Source: Vicinamibacterales bacterium | Lineage (GTDB): Bacteria; Acidobacteriota; Vicinamibacteria; Vicinamibacterales; UBA8438 | DNA: 64,000 nucleotides | NCBI GenBank assembly: GCA_029940535.1 | Contig: JAPYUM010000009.1 | Span: 13,607-77,606, forward strand | Direction of reading: 5' to 3' | Shown here: positions 46,536 to 55,340 of the stretch, piece after piece | Layout of the letters: every line of letters begins with the position of its first letter | How positions within the stretch are numbered: position 1 is the stretch's first letter | Translations under genes and position numbers: made by a program | The notes under the pieces: model-generated | What the model was told of the DNA's origin: nothing | Databases searched by the model: none | Seen by the model: the letters and a program-made list of their open reading frames with translations, nothing else

Positions 46536-47345
46536 CTACAGATAGCGCCAGGCGAGCAGTCGTCGCTCGAGTCGCTCGGCCACGGCGAAGAGCACCAGTA
46601 CGAAGGTCATGATGATGAGGATCAGCGCGATCGTCAGGGCGGCGTTGTAGGTGCTCTGGGCAAATTGCAGCAGATAGCCGAGGCCTCGGCTCGACGCCAC
46701 GAACTCGCCCACGACGGCGCCGGTGAAGGCGAAGCCCACGGCGACCTTGAAGTTGCCCATGACCCAGGCGGTGACCGAGGGCACGTAGACCTCACGCACC
46801 AGGACGCTCCGCCCGCCGCCCAGGGTCTGGATCCGTTCCACCAAGCGTCGGTCTACTTCTTTGATGCCGTTGTAAACGGCAAAGAAGATGAGCACCGTGA
46901 CGAGGATCGTAGCGAGTGCAAGCTTCGACGCCAATCCGATACCGAGCCAGATGACAAACAGTGGAGCCAGGATGACGCGCGGAATGGCGTTGAGCAGGAT
47001 CATGACCGGCTCGAGCAGATCGGCCACCAGGGGGGACAGCGCCGCTGCGAAGCCAAGGCCGATCCCCAGAACCACTCCGAGGAGAAGACCGGCAAATGCC
47101 GCCGTGGCGGTGGCGCCGAGATGGGGCCAGAGCTGGCCGGTGGTCACGAGGTCCACGATCACCCGACCGACACTCGACGGCGGAGGCACGTAGAACGGGT
47201 CCAGCCAGCCGATACGTGACAGCGTCTCCCAGACGGCGAGCAATACCAGCAGGGCCAACGCCCGGCGGATTGCACGTGTCCGACCGGGTCTCGGACTGGC
47301 CGCCGTCGACACCCGAGAGCCACTCCTCTGTGTCTCGGCGGTCAC
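46536..47345 (-). CDS. ABC transporter permease (nitrate/sulfonate/taurine NitT/TauT family)
   Basis: Six TM segments and a binding-protein-dependent signature region (LATILVTVLIFFAVYNG...). 4-nt overlap with the ATPase gene. Confidence 0.9.
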   Translation of the reverse strand: MTAETQRSGSRVSTAASPRPGRTRAIRRALALLVLLAVWETLSRIGWLDPFYVPPPSSVGRVIVDLVTTGQLWPHLGATATAAFAGLLLGVVLGIGLGFAAALSPLVADLLEPVMILLNAIPRVILAPLFVIWLGIGLASKLALATILVTVLIFFAVYNGIKEVDRRLVERIQTLGGGRSVLVREVYVPSVTAWVMGNFKVAVGFAFTGAVVGEFVASSRGLGYLLQFAQSTYNAALTIALILIIMTFVLVLFAVAERLERRLLAWRYL

Positions 47346-48094
47346 GTTGCAATGCCCTCCTCCGCTACCTCGCCGGCCAGCTCGTCCCAGAGAGTCTGCA
47401 GCAGCGGTCCGAAGTCGGGATGCCGCCGCACTTTCAGCACGTTGCGCGGGCGGGGAATGTCGATGGTATGACGGGCGCGGATCGTGGCGCGTGGGCCCTG
47501 ACTCAGCACATGGACTTCGTCAGAGACGCTGATGGCTTCCTCGAGGTCGTGCGTGACCAGCAGCACGGTGAGCTGTTCGCGCTCAACCCAGTCGAGCAGG
47601 TCCTGGGTAATTCTGGTCCGGACGATCGCGTCCAACGCCGCGAACGGCTCGTCCATCAGCAGCAGCTTGGGGCTCAAGGCCAGCACCTGGGCAATCGCCA
47701 CCCGTTTCCGCTGGCCGCCCGAGAGTTGCCCCGGATAGCGGTCGCCAAAGCCCTCGAGCCCGAGTCGTGTCAACCAGTCGTCGGCCTGCGTGTCAGCGTC
47801 GCCGAACGCGACGTCTCGGATTTTGAGACCCAGGGTCACGTTCTGGCGGACCGTCCGCCAGGGCAGGAGTGCGTCGTCCTGGAAGAGGAATCCGATGTCG
47901 CGCGCGTCCAGGTCGAGCTCGACGGAGCCGTGTAGGGGCTGCATCAAACTGGTCACCACGCGGAGAATGCTGGTCTTCCCGGAGCCGGAGGGGCCAATCA
48001 GGCTGGCAAAGCGGCCAGCCTCGAGGTCGAGGTCGACCCCGTCGATGACTGGCTCGCCACCGTAACCGACCGTCAGCCCGCGAACCCGAAGCAT
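47342..48094 (-). CDS. ABC transporter ATP-binding protein
   Basis: Walker A GPSGSGKTS, signature LSGGQRKRV and Walker B LLLMDEPF. Start taken at MLRVRGL, so the ORF-track N-terminal extension is rejected. Confidence 0.9.
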   Translation of the reverse strand: MLRVRGLTVGYGGEPVIDGVDLDLEAGRFASLIGPSGSGKTSILRVVTSLMQPLHGSVELDLDARDIGFLFQDDALLPWRTVRQNVTLGLKIRDVAFGDADTQADDWLTRLGLEGFGDRYPGQLSGGQRKRVAIAQVLALSPKLLLMDEPFAALDAIVRTRITQDLLDWVEREQLTVLLVTHDLEEAISVSDEVHVLSQGPRATIRARHTIDIPRPRNVLKVRRHPDFGPLLQTLWDELAGEVAEEGIAT

Positions 48095-48131
48095 CGTGTC
48101 TGTCAGTGGGTCGTTGCCGTTGTGCCGCGGG

Positions 48132-49238
48132 CTATCCCTGGAGTGCGGCGGTGTCCAGGAGCGTGCCGAGATCGACCTGGCCCGGCTCGAGCAGGCCGGC
48201 GACTTCCTGGGCTCGTACGACCCGCGCCGCGGCGGCGACATCGATGGTGACCGTTTCCGGGTAGAGCGAGAGCCGATATCGGTCGATGATCTGCTCGAGT
48301 TGGGCCACGTCACCGCCGGCGACCAGCTCGCTCGGCAGCGAGGCCACGATCTCGGCTGGCGGCAGGGTCCTGGTCTCGGCCAGCCCGGCTGCGAGTGCCG
48401 CGCCGAGACGCTGGATCTCTTCGTGCCGCTGGTCGCGCTCCGCCGTCCGGACCGACACACCCATGAACTCGTAGGCCCCGCCGAGGTGGGTGCGCGCCTC
48501 ATCGAGCTCCATGAAGTTCACGAGCTCACGGCCGCCATCGGCCGTGATGAGCGACAGTGCGGGTTCCTGCAGCATGGCCGCGTCGACTTGCCCGATGCGC
48601 AGGGCGTCGAAGAGGTTGGTGCCGATGGTAGCGAACTGGATGCCGCTGGTGTCGGCGCCGGCCTGGTCGAGCAGGAAGAGCAGCAGCGCATGGTCCGCGT
48701 TGCCGAGCCCGGAAATACCGACCGTCCGGCCCTCGAGGTCCTTGACCGAGCTGATGGCACCGGCCTGCGCGGGCGCGACCGCGAGGGCGAAGAGCGGCAG
48801 TCGGCCGGTCGACGCGACCCGCCGGATCGGCGCCCCGTGGGCGACGGCCTGCAGGGCGACGTCGAACGACGTGCCGGCGTAATCGACCGCGCCCCCGACG
48901 AGGGCCTGCATCGCGGCGCTGCCGCCGCGGGTATAGACGAGCTCCGCGTCCAGGCCCTGGTCGGCGAAGTGTCCCCGCACCCGGGCCACCTCGTAGGGCA
49001 CGACGCAGAGCAACTGACCGCAGAAGGCCAGACTGACCGGCGTCGCACCAGTGTCCGGGGTCGAGCGACAGCCGCTGACGGCGATGACCCCGGCCGCACC
49101 CAGCAGGCTCTTGAGCGCCGTGCGCCGGTCCCATGTCGCGCCCGGCTCGGGTCGGGGCGGATGTCGGCCTGAACTCGCGTCGGCCGTGTCCGACACGACG
49201 CCAAGCAGCTCCGGATTCGTCGCCTCGCAGCAGCCCAT
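48132..49238 (-). CDS. ABC substrate-binding protein (NMT1/SsuA/TauA-like), TAT/lipoprotein leader
   Basis: WDRRTALKSLLGAAGVIAVSGC leader and a periplasmic binding fold. The exact start is uncertain. Confidence 0.85.
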   Translation of the reverse strand: MGCCEATNPELLGVVSDTADASSGRHPPRPEPGATWDRRTALKSLLGAAGVIAVSGCRSTPDTGATPVSLAFCGQLLCVVPYEVARVRGHFADQGLDAELVYTRGGSAAMQALVGGAVDYAGTSFDVALQAVAHGAPIRRVASTGRLPLFALAVAPAQAGAISSVKDLEGRTVGISGLGNADHALLLFLLDQAGADTSGIQFATIGTNLFDALRIGQVDAAMLQEPALSLITADGGRELVNFMELDEARTHLGGAYEFMGVSVRTAERDQRHEEIQRLGAALAAGLAETRTLPPAEIVASLPSELVAGGDVAQLEQIIDRYRLSLYPETVTIDVAAAARVVRAQEVAGLLEPGQVDLGTLLDTAALQG

Positions 49239-49263
49239 GGCCCGTCTCGTGCGTAGCGTCGTT

Positions 49264-49806
49264 TTAGGGGGTGACGTAGCCGACGGCGAATTCCTTCAGC
49301 CGTTCGCTCCGGAGACCGATGCCTTCGGCCTCCGCCATGGCGCGGTCCTGGGCCCAGCCGTCTTGCTTGACCCGCTTGATGAACCACATGGCGCCCACGC
49401 GGTTCGCCGAGGCGCAGTGAATGTAGGCCGGCTGGTTCGCGCTGTCGGCGATGGCGGACAGGAACTCTTCGGTCGTCTCGTCGGTCGGCGCCCGAAACGG
49501 GATGTGGATGTAGTTCAGTCCCGCCGCGGTCGCCGCGCTCTGACTGGCCCCGATATTGGCGCCTTCCTCCTCGGCGGTGCGGAAGTTGATGACCGACGCG
49601 AAGCCGAGCGCCTTGATGGCCGGCATCGCCTCGGCCGGGGTCGCCCCGGCGCACGCCACGGTGGCGTCGACCCGCGTGTAGTTCACAACGCCTTCGGGGG
49701 CCTCGTCCTGGGCGCCAACGACGATGGGACCGACGGTGAATGCCAGCAGGGCCGCGAAGAGACAGCCACTCAGGGCCGGTCGCGAGTTCTGGGGAAGGCG
49801 TGACAT
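49264..49806 (-). CDS. DUF442 / PTP-like (beta-lactamase hydrolase-like) protein, exported
   Basis: Signal peptide. GFASVINFR, and IHCASANRVG fits the CX5R phosphatase/sulfur-transferase-like loop. Confidence 0.75.
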   Translation of the reverse strand: MSRLPQNSRPALSGCLFAALLAFTVGPIVVGAQDEAPEGVVNYTRVDATVACAGATPAEAMPAIKALGFASVINFRTAEEEGANIGASQSAATAAGLNYIHIPFRAPTDETTEEFLSAIADSANQPAYIHCASANRVGAMWFIKRVKQDGWAQDRAMAEAEGIGLRSERLKEFAVGYVTP

Positions 49807-49992
49807 GGCAACTCTCCTCGAATGCGGGTTAAGGGTGCGGGCCGCCCAGTGACGGCCAATATGATTCCTGTCACGATATCATTTTCACTTGAGACGACGC
49901 CTCCAGGGTGACGCCGGTCGCGCTCAGCGGCGCCTGGACGTGAGAGAATTGTGTCGAGATCTCGGCATGCGATCTGTTTCAGGGAGAGACAC

Positions 49993-50964
49993 ATGAGGAC
50001 GCGGACTGACGGCGCGCGATCGGTGGTGCGGATGGTGTCCGGTTTGATTGCGGGACCGGTGCTAGCCGCGGTGGCGGCGGTATTGATTGCGCCGGACGTG
50101 GCGGTCGGTCAAACTGGCCCCCGAGACCTGCAGGGCGTCTGGGATTTTCGAAGCGTGGTGCCATTCGAACGACCTGACGAGCTGGTCGGGAAAGACACCT
50201 TGACCCCGGAAGAGGCGGCCGCGTTCGCCCAGGAGCGTGTGGACGCGCTGAACGTCGATTTGCGGCGTGACGAGAATGGCCGGGTGCCACTGTCGGGGGG
50301 CTACAACAATTTCTGGTACGACCGCGGGAACTCGCTCGGTGATGAGCGTCGCACCTCATTGGTGGTGGATCCGCCCGATGGGAAGCTGCCAGCCCGGACC
50401 GAGGCGGCGCGGGCCAGAGGCGCCGCGCGAGGCGCGCTCCTGGGTCGTGACGCGTTTGGTCCGGAAGACCGAGGCGCGTTCGAGCGCTGTATTCTCGGGT
50501 TCAACTCCGGTCCGCCCATGAATCCCAGCGCCTACAACAACAACATGCAGCTGTTTCAGACCGACAATCACATCGTCATCCTGAACGAGATGGTCCACGA
50601 CTCGCGCATCATCCCGCTCGATGGGTCAGCGCATCTCCCAGGCGATGTCCGTCAATGGATGGGCGACTCTCGCGGCCGCTGGGACGGCGACACGCTGGTG
50701 GTGGAGACTCGTAACTTCACCGGGAAGACCAGTGTCCGTGGGTCGGGCCCGGAGATGCGGCTGGTCGAGCGATTCACCCGGGCCGACGCCGACACGCTCG
50801 TCTACGAATACACCGTCAGCGACCCCGCGTCATTCGCGCAACCGTGGTCGGTCAGGACCGCCATGCGCAAGTCGGACGCGCAGGTCTACGAGTACGCATG
50901 CCACGAAGGCAACTACGGCATGCAGAACCTGCTGGTTGCCGCCCGCGGCGCCGAGCAGCCGTAG
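49993..50964 (+). CDS. Secreted protein of the uncharacterised family (paralog 4 of 4)
   Basis: AGGGAGAG RBS and a signal/anchor segment. PRDLQGVW, RTSLVVDPPDGKLPAR, ERC, GPPM, RWDGDTLVVETRNF, LVERF and YEYACHEGNYGM motifs. Confidence 0.9.
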   Translation: MRTRTDGARSVVRMVSGLIAGPVLAAVAAVLIAPDVAVGQTGPRDLQGVWDFRSVVPFERPDELVGKDTLTPEEAAAFAQERVDALNVDLRRDENGRVPLSGGYNNFWYDRGNSLGDERRTSLVVDPPDGKLPARTEAARARGAARGALLGRDAFGPEDRGAFERCILGFNSGPPMNPSAYNNNMQLFQTDNHIVILNEMVHDSRIIPLDGSAHLPGDVRQWMGDSRGRWDGDTLVVETRNFTGKTSVRGSGPEMRLVERFTRADADTLVYEYTVSDPASFAQPWSVRTAMRKSDAQVYEYACHEGNYGMQNLLVAARGAEQP

Positions 50965-50979
50965 AAGCTGGAGCGCCTG

Positions 50980-53001
50980 ATGCAGCGACCACCCACCTCC
51001 GTGCCTCGGTTCGCCGGCCTGATCGGGATGCTGGCGATGGCGGTCGTCGGCGCGTCCGCCTCGGCTCAGACGCCCGCCGACCCGCACGAGATCGCCCCAC
51101 TCGTCGAGGAATATTGTTACCGGTGCCATGGGCCGCAAACGCAGACGGCCGGTATCGATCTCTCGACGTTGGTCGAGCAACGTCCGCTGGTGAAGAACCG
51201 CGAGACCTGGACCCGGGTGACCGATGTGCTGGAAGAGGGGAAGATGCCTCCCGCCAGTGCCCCGCAGCCGGCCGACGATGTGCGGCAGCAGATGGTGGGA
51301 CTGCTGAACCGGGACATCGAGCAGTTCGACTACTCGACCATCGATGACCCTGGCTTCGAGTTGATGCGGCGGCTCACCCACGCCGAGTACGACAACACCG
51401 TGCGTGACCTGTTCGGAGTCGAGTTGAACGTCACCGACCGGTTTCCGAGCGAGTTGACGGGGTCGAGTGGGTTCGAGAACTCCGCGAACACGCTCTTCCT
51501 GCAGCCGTCCCTGATGGAACGGTATATCGCGGTGGCCGAGCGGGTGGTGGATGTGGCGCTTCCCACCGCCCCGACGAGCGCCGTCCATCGTGCTTCTCGT
51601 GATTTGATTTTCGTGGCCACGCCCGACGCCCAGACCAGCGACACCGACGCGGCCGACACCGTGTTGCGCCGGTTCCTGACCCGCGCCTATCGCCGTCCGC
51701 CAAGCGAGGAAGAAGTCGTCAAGGCCGCCACCCACTACGCCACGGGGCGCGCGGCAGGCATTGGCTATGAAGACGCCGTCAAGCAGGCGCTCCAGGCGAT
51801 CCTGATTTCGCCGAAGTTCCTGCTGCGAGTGGAGGCGGGCACCGAGACCGACGTCCCGTTTGCGGTCAGCGACTGGGAGCTCGCGTCCAGGCTGTCCTAT
51901 TTCCTCTGGGCGTCGATGCCCGACCAGGAACTGTTCGATCTCGCCGGTCGCGGAGCGTTGAGCGATCCGGACACCCTGGCTGCCCAGGTGTCACGGATGC
52001 TGGCCGACGAGAAAGCGGACACGCTGGGCGACATCTTTGCCGCACAGTGGCTGGGGTTCCAGCACGTCGGCACCCGGATCTGGCTCGACCCGATCGACAA
52101 CCCGTGGTGCACCGACTCGCTGATGACCGCTATGCGCGACGAGTCATCGCTCTTCTTCTTGTCGCTGCTTCGTGAGAATCGACCGATCCGGACGCTCATC
52201 GACGCCGACTACACCTACGTCAACGAAGAACTGGCGACGACGCTCTACGAGATGGAGGGGATCACCGGCGACCACATGCGTCGCGTCAGTCTGACCGATC
52301 CCAATCGTGGCGGGGTCATCGGCCAAGCCAGCATTCTCGCGCTGACGTCGAACTACAAGGATACGAGTCCGGTGAAGCGAGGCTACTACGTGCTCGACAC
52401 GCTGCTGGGCACGCCCCCGCCCCCTCCGCCCCCGAACGCCGGCGTGCTGAGCGAAGAGGTGGCTGACATGCGCGGACTCAGCTTCCGCGAGAAGCTGGAG
52501 ATGCACTCGCAGAACGAGGTCTGCCGGGTGTGTCACAGCAAGATCGACCCCATCGGCTTCAGTCTCGAGAACTTCGATTACTTCGGGAAATGGCGCGCAA
52601 CCTACGATTTCCGCCAGCGGGTCGAAGACCCCGCCGACGCCGACGAGACCATCGAGTTCCAGACCGAGACCAGCCCAGACCCGGTGGTCCGGCACTTCAA
52701 GACCACCCGACGCGCGATCCCGGCCGACGGGGGACTGCCGGACGGCACCACGTTCAGCGGCCCGGCCGGGCTCAAACGGGCGCTGCTCGAGACACGACAT
52801 GACGACCTGGTCCGTCAGGTGGTCTCGAAGATGCTCGCCTACGCGCTGGGTCGGCAGCTCGAGTACTACGACGAGCCGGCGGTTCGCACGGTAATCGCCA
52901 CGCTCGAGACGGACGGCTATCGTTTCCAGACGCTGTTACGGGAGATCGTGACCAGCTATCCGTTCCGATACAAGAAGAACCCCACACGGGAGACCAACTG
53001 A
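50980..53001 (+). CDS. Haem-c protein of the DUF1587/DUF1592/DUF1595/DUF1588/DUF1585 family
   Basis: Signal peptide. VEEYCYRCHGPQ CxxCH haem site. LASRLSYFLWASMPD and C..CH..IDP.GF motifs. Confidence 0.9.
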   Translation: MQRPPTSVPRFAGLIGMLAMAVVGASASAQTPADPHEIAPLVEEYCYRCHGPQTQTAGIDLSTLVEQRPLVKNRETWTRVTDVLEEGKMPPASAPQPADDVRQQMVGLLNRDIEQFDYSTIDDPGFELMRRLTHAEYDNTVRDLFGVELNVTDRFPSELTGSSGFENSANTLFLQPSLMERYIAVAERVVDVALPTAPTSAVHRASRDLIFVATPDAQTSDTDAADTVLRRFLTRAYRRPPSEEEVVKAATHYATGRAAGIGYEDAVKQALQAILISPKFLLRVEAGTETDVPFAVSDWELASRLSYFLWASMPDQELFDLAGRGALSDPDTLAAQVSRMLADEKADTLGDIFAAQWLGFQHVGTRIWLDPIDNPWCTDSLMTAMRDESSLFFLSLLRENRPIRTLIDADYTYVNEELATTLYEMEGITGDHMRRVSLTDPNRGGVIGQASILALTSNYKDTSPVKRGYYVLDTLLGTPPPPPPPNAGVLSEEVADMRGLSFREKLEMHSQNEVCRVCHSKIDPIGFSLENFDYFGKWRATYDFRQRVEDPADADETIEFQTETSPDPVVRHFKTTRRAIPADGGLPDGTTFSGPAGLKRALLETRHDDLVRQVVSKMLAYALGRQLEYYDEPAVRTVIATLETDGYRFQTLLREIVTSYPFRYKKNPTRETN

Positions 53002-54359
53002 TGCGTGCACGCGGTCTGTCACGACGCACGGTGCTTCAGGGGCTTGGCGCCACGGTGGCCTTGCCGCTGCTCGACGTGATGCCGGCGTTCGCCACCGGGC
53101 GGGCCGGCGCGCCGGCCGCGACCGGGGTGAATCGGTTGGCGTATCTGTACTTCCCGAACGGCATCCCACGCGGCATCTGGTATCCGGAAGAGACGGGGCC
53201 GGCCGGTCAGCTGCTGAGACTCAACGAGTGGATGAGCCCGCTGGAGCCCTACAAGGACAACCTCCTCATCCCGAGCAACATCTGGACCCCGGAGGGTAAC
53301 GGCCACGTCAATGGGCCGCCCACATGGCTGACCGGACACAGCTACAACTCGCGCGGCGTCAACGCCGGCGGCGTGTCGGCCGACCAGTTGGCCGCGGCGC
53401 ATGTGCGCGAAGACACCCTGCTGCCGTCGCTGGAGTTGTCGGTGCAGGGCGAGGGGTATTTTTCGAACTCGTTGCCCCGAAACGCGATCTCCTGGTCCGC
53501 TCCCGATCGGCCGATGACGCGTGAGATCGAGCCACGCGCCATCTTCGATCGCATGTTCCGCCCACCCTCGGGCGGCGCGACCAATCGTTCGGTCATGGAT
53601 GCGGTGCTGGCCGACGCCACGGCCCTGGCCGGGTATGTGAGCGCGGCCGACCGCAGCCGGTTGGACGAATACTTCGAATCGATTCGAGCCCTAGAGCGGC
53701 GCATCGAGTTCGCCGAGAGCCGGTCGACCGAGATGCGTGACGATGGCGCGTTGACCGACACCCTGACCACGCCGACCCCTGGTATTCCGGCTGACCACGA
53801 CTCGTACATGCGACTCATGATGGATCTGATGGTCGCCGCGTTTCAGTCGGATGCCACTCGAGTCTGCACGTTCATGCTCGACCATGGGCAGTCGAACCGG
53901 TATTTCAATTTCATCCCGGACGTCACCGGCACCTGGCACGCGTTGTCGCACTACAAGAACGCCTCGGGCAAGACGGAGGATGACGACGGCGTCACGTCAT
54001 GGGAGTCGGTGGAGCAGAAGCGAGCGATGTATGCCGAGGTCATCCGCTGGCACCACGGCCAGGTCGCCTACCTGCTCGACCGGATGCGCTCGGTGGTGGA
54101 GCCCAACGGCGGGACGCTGCTGGACAACAGCATGATCGTCTACGGGGCCAGCCTTGGCGATGGGAACGAGCACGACGCGCAGCACCTGCCGACTCTGATC
54201 GCCGGCGGCGGGGCTGGCACCATCAAGACCGGACGCTTCCTCGAACACGCGGAACCCACGGACCTGTCCGCCGTGCATCTTGGACTGTTGCAGCGCATGG
54301 GACTGCCGATCGATGCGTTCGGCACCGCCGACGGGCCGCTCCCGGGCTTGGCCGGCTAG
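53001..54359 (+). CDS. DUF1552 protein with TAT leader
   Basis: TGATG overlap with the upstream gene. MRARGLSRRTVLQGLGATVALPLL leader and LIAGGGAG near the C-terminus. Confidence 0.9.
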   Translation: MRARGLSRRTVLQGLGATVALPLLDVMPAFATGRAGAPAATGVNRLAYLYFPNGIPRGIWYPEETGPAGQLLRLNEWMSPLEPYKDNLLIPSNIWTPEGNGHVNGPPTWLTGHSYNSRGVNAGGVSADQLAAAHVREDTLLPSLELSVQGEGYFSNSLPRNAISWSAPDRPMTREIEPRAIFDRMFRPPSGGATNRSVMDAVLADATALAGYVSAADRSRLDEYFESIRALERRIEFAESRSTEMRDDGALTDTLTTPTPGIPADHDSYMRLMMDLMVAAFQSDATRVCTFMLDHGQSNRYFNFIPDVTGTWHALSHYKNASGKTEDDDGVTSWESVEQKRAMYAEVIRWHHGQVAYLLDRMRSVVEPNGGTLLDNSMIVYGASLGDGNEHDAQHLPTLIAGGGAGTIKTGRFLEHAEPTDLSAVHLGLLQRMGLPIDAFGTADGPLPGLAG

Positions 54360-54526
54360 CCGGCCTCCGTTGGGCCCGGAAGGATGGAGATGGCAACGTG
54401 GCACCTCCGACACTCCGGCCGATGGGCAGGCCCGGCTGATCGAGGTGCCTTCAGTCCGCAACTGCTACAATCGTCCATCCAGCGACCGCGTCACGAAGGT
54501 GCCGCTTGCTACCAGGGAGACTCGCC

Positions 54527-55309
54527 ATGCGTGTACTCAGTTGCCTTGCCGTCCTGATGCTCGGTGCCACGTCGGTGTCGGCGCAGTCGAGCCGGATCCC
54601 GGCCGAGGACGGCGATATTGTCATCACCCCGATCATTCACTCGAGCGCGCAGGTCGAGCATGCCGGCATGGTGGTCCAGGTCGATCCGTGGAGCGTTGGC
54701 GACCTGTCCTCGGCGAAGCCAGCCGACCTCATTCTGATTACCGATGATCCGGGCCATCATCTCGACCCGGAGGCCATCGCTCAATTACGCAAGCCCGGGG
54801 CGCCGGTCGTGCTGACCGCGACCGCGCACGCGCGATTTGCCGATGGCACCGTACTCTCCAACGGTGAGAGCGGACTGTTTGCGGACATTCATGTGGAAGC
54901 GGTGGGCGCTTACGACATGACACCGGGACGCCCGTTCCACCCCCGTGGGGAAGCGAACGGATATGTGGTAACGCTGGGAGGGAAACGTCTGTTTTTCTCC
55001 GGGGTGGGGCAGTGCGTGCCGGAAATTCAGGCGCTCCAAAGCATCGATGTGGCCTTCATGCCGATGAATCTCCCGGTGGATCGGATGCGGCCGATTCCTC
55101 TGGCCGAATGTGTCAAGACGTTCAAGCCGAAGGTCGTCTATCTCAACCACTACGACCAGACCTACACGCGGTGGCTCTCCAATCCCCAGGGCGCACCGCC
55201 GCCAGACGCGCAGGACACGCCGGCCACGATCCGCGCGTTCCAGGCCGCCATCGACGGCGAGGGTATCGAATTCCGAGACGCCGCGTGGTACCCGCCACGA
55301 GCGCGGTAG
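54527..55309 (+). CDS. Secreted MBL-fold hydrolase (Lactamase_B_3-like)
   Basis: AGGGAGA RBS and a signal peptide. LILITDDPGHHLD motif. Confidence 0.8.
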   Translation: MRVLSCLAVLMLGATSVSAQSSRIPAEDGDIVITPIIHSSAQVEHAGMVVQVDPWSVGDLSSAKPADLILITDDPGHHLDPEAIAQLRKPGAPVVLTATAHARFADGTVLSNGESGLFADIHVEAVGAYDMTPGRPFHPRGEANGYVVTLGGKRLFFSGVGQCVPEIQALQSIDVAFMPMNLPVDRMRPIPLAECVKTFKPKVVYLNHYDQTYTRWLSNPQGAPPPDAQDTPATIRAFQAAIDGEGIEFRDAAWYPPRAR

Positions 55310-55340
55310 CACGGAAGGCCGAGAGACGCGCCGCTCACGT

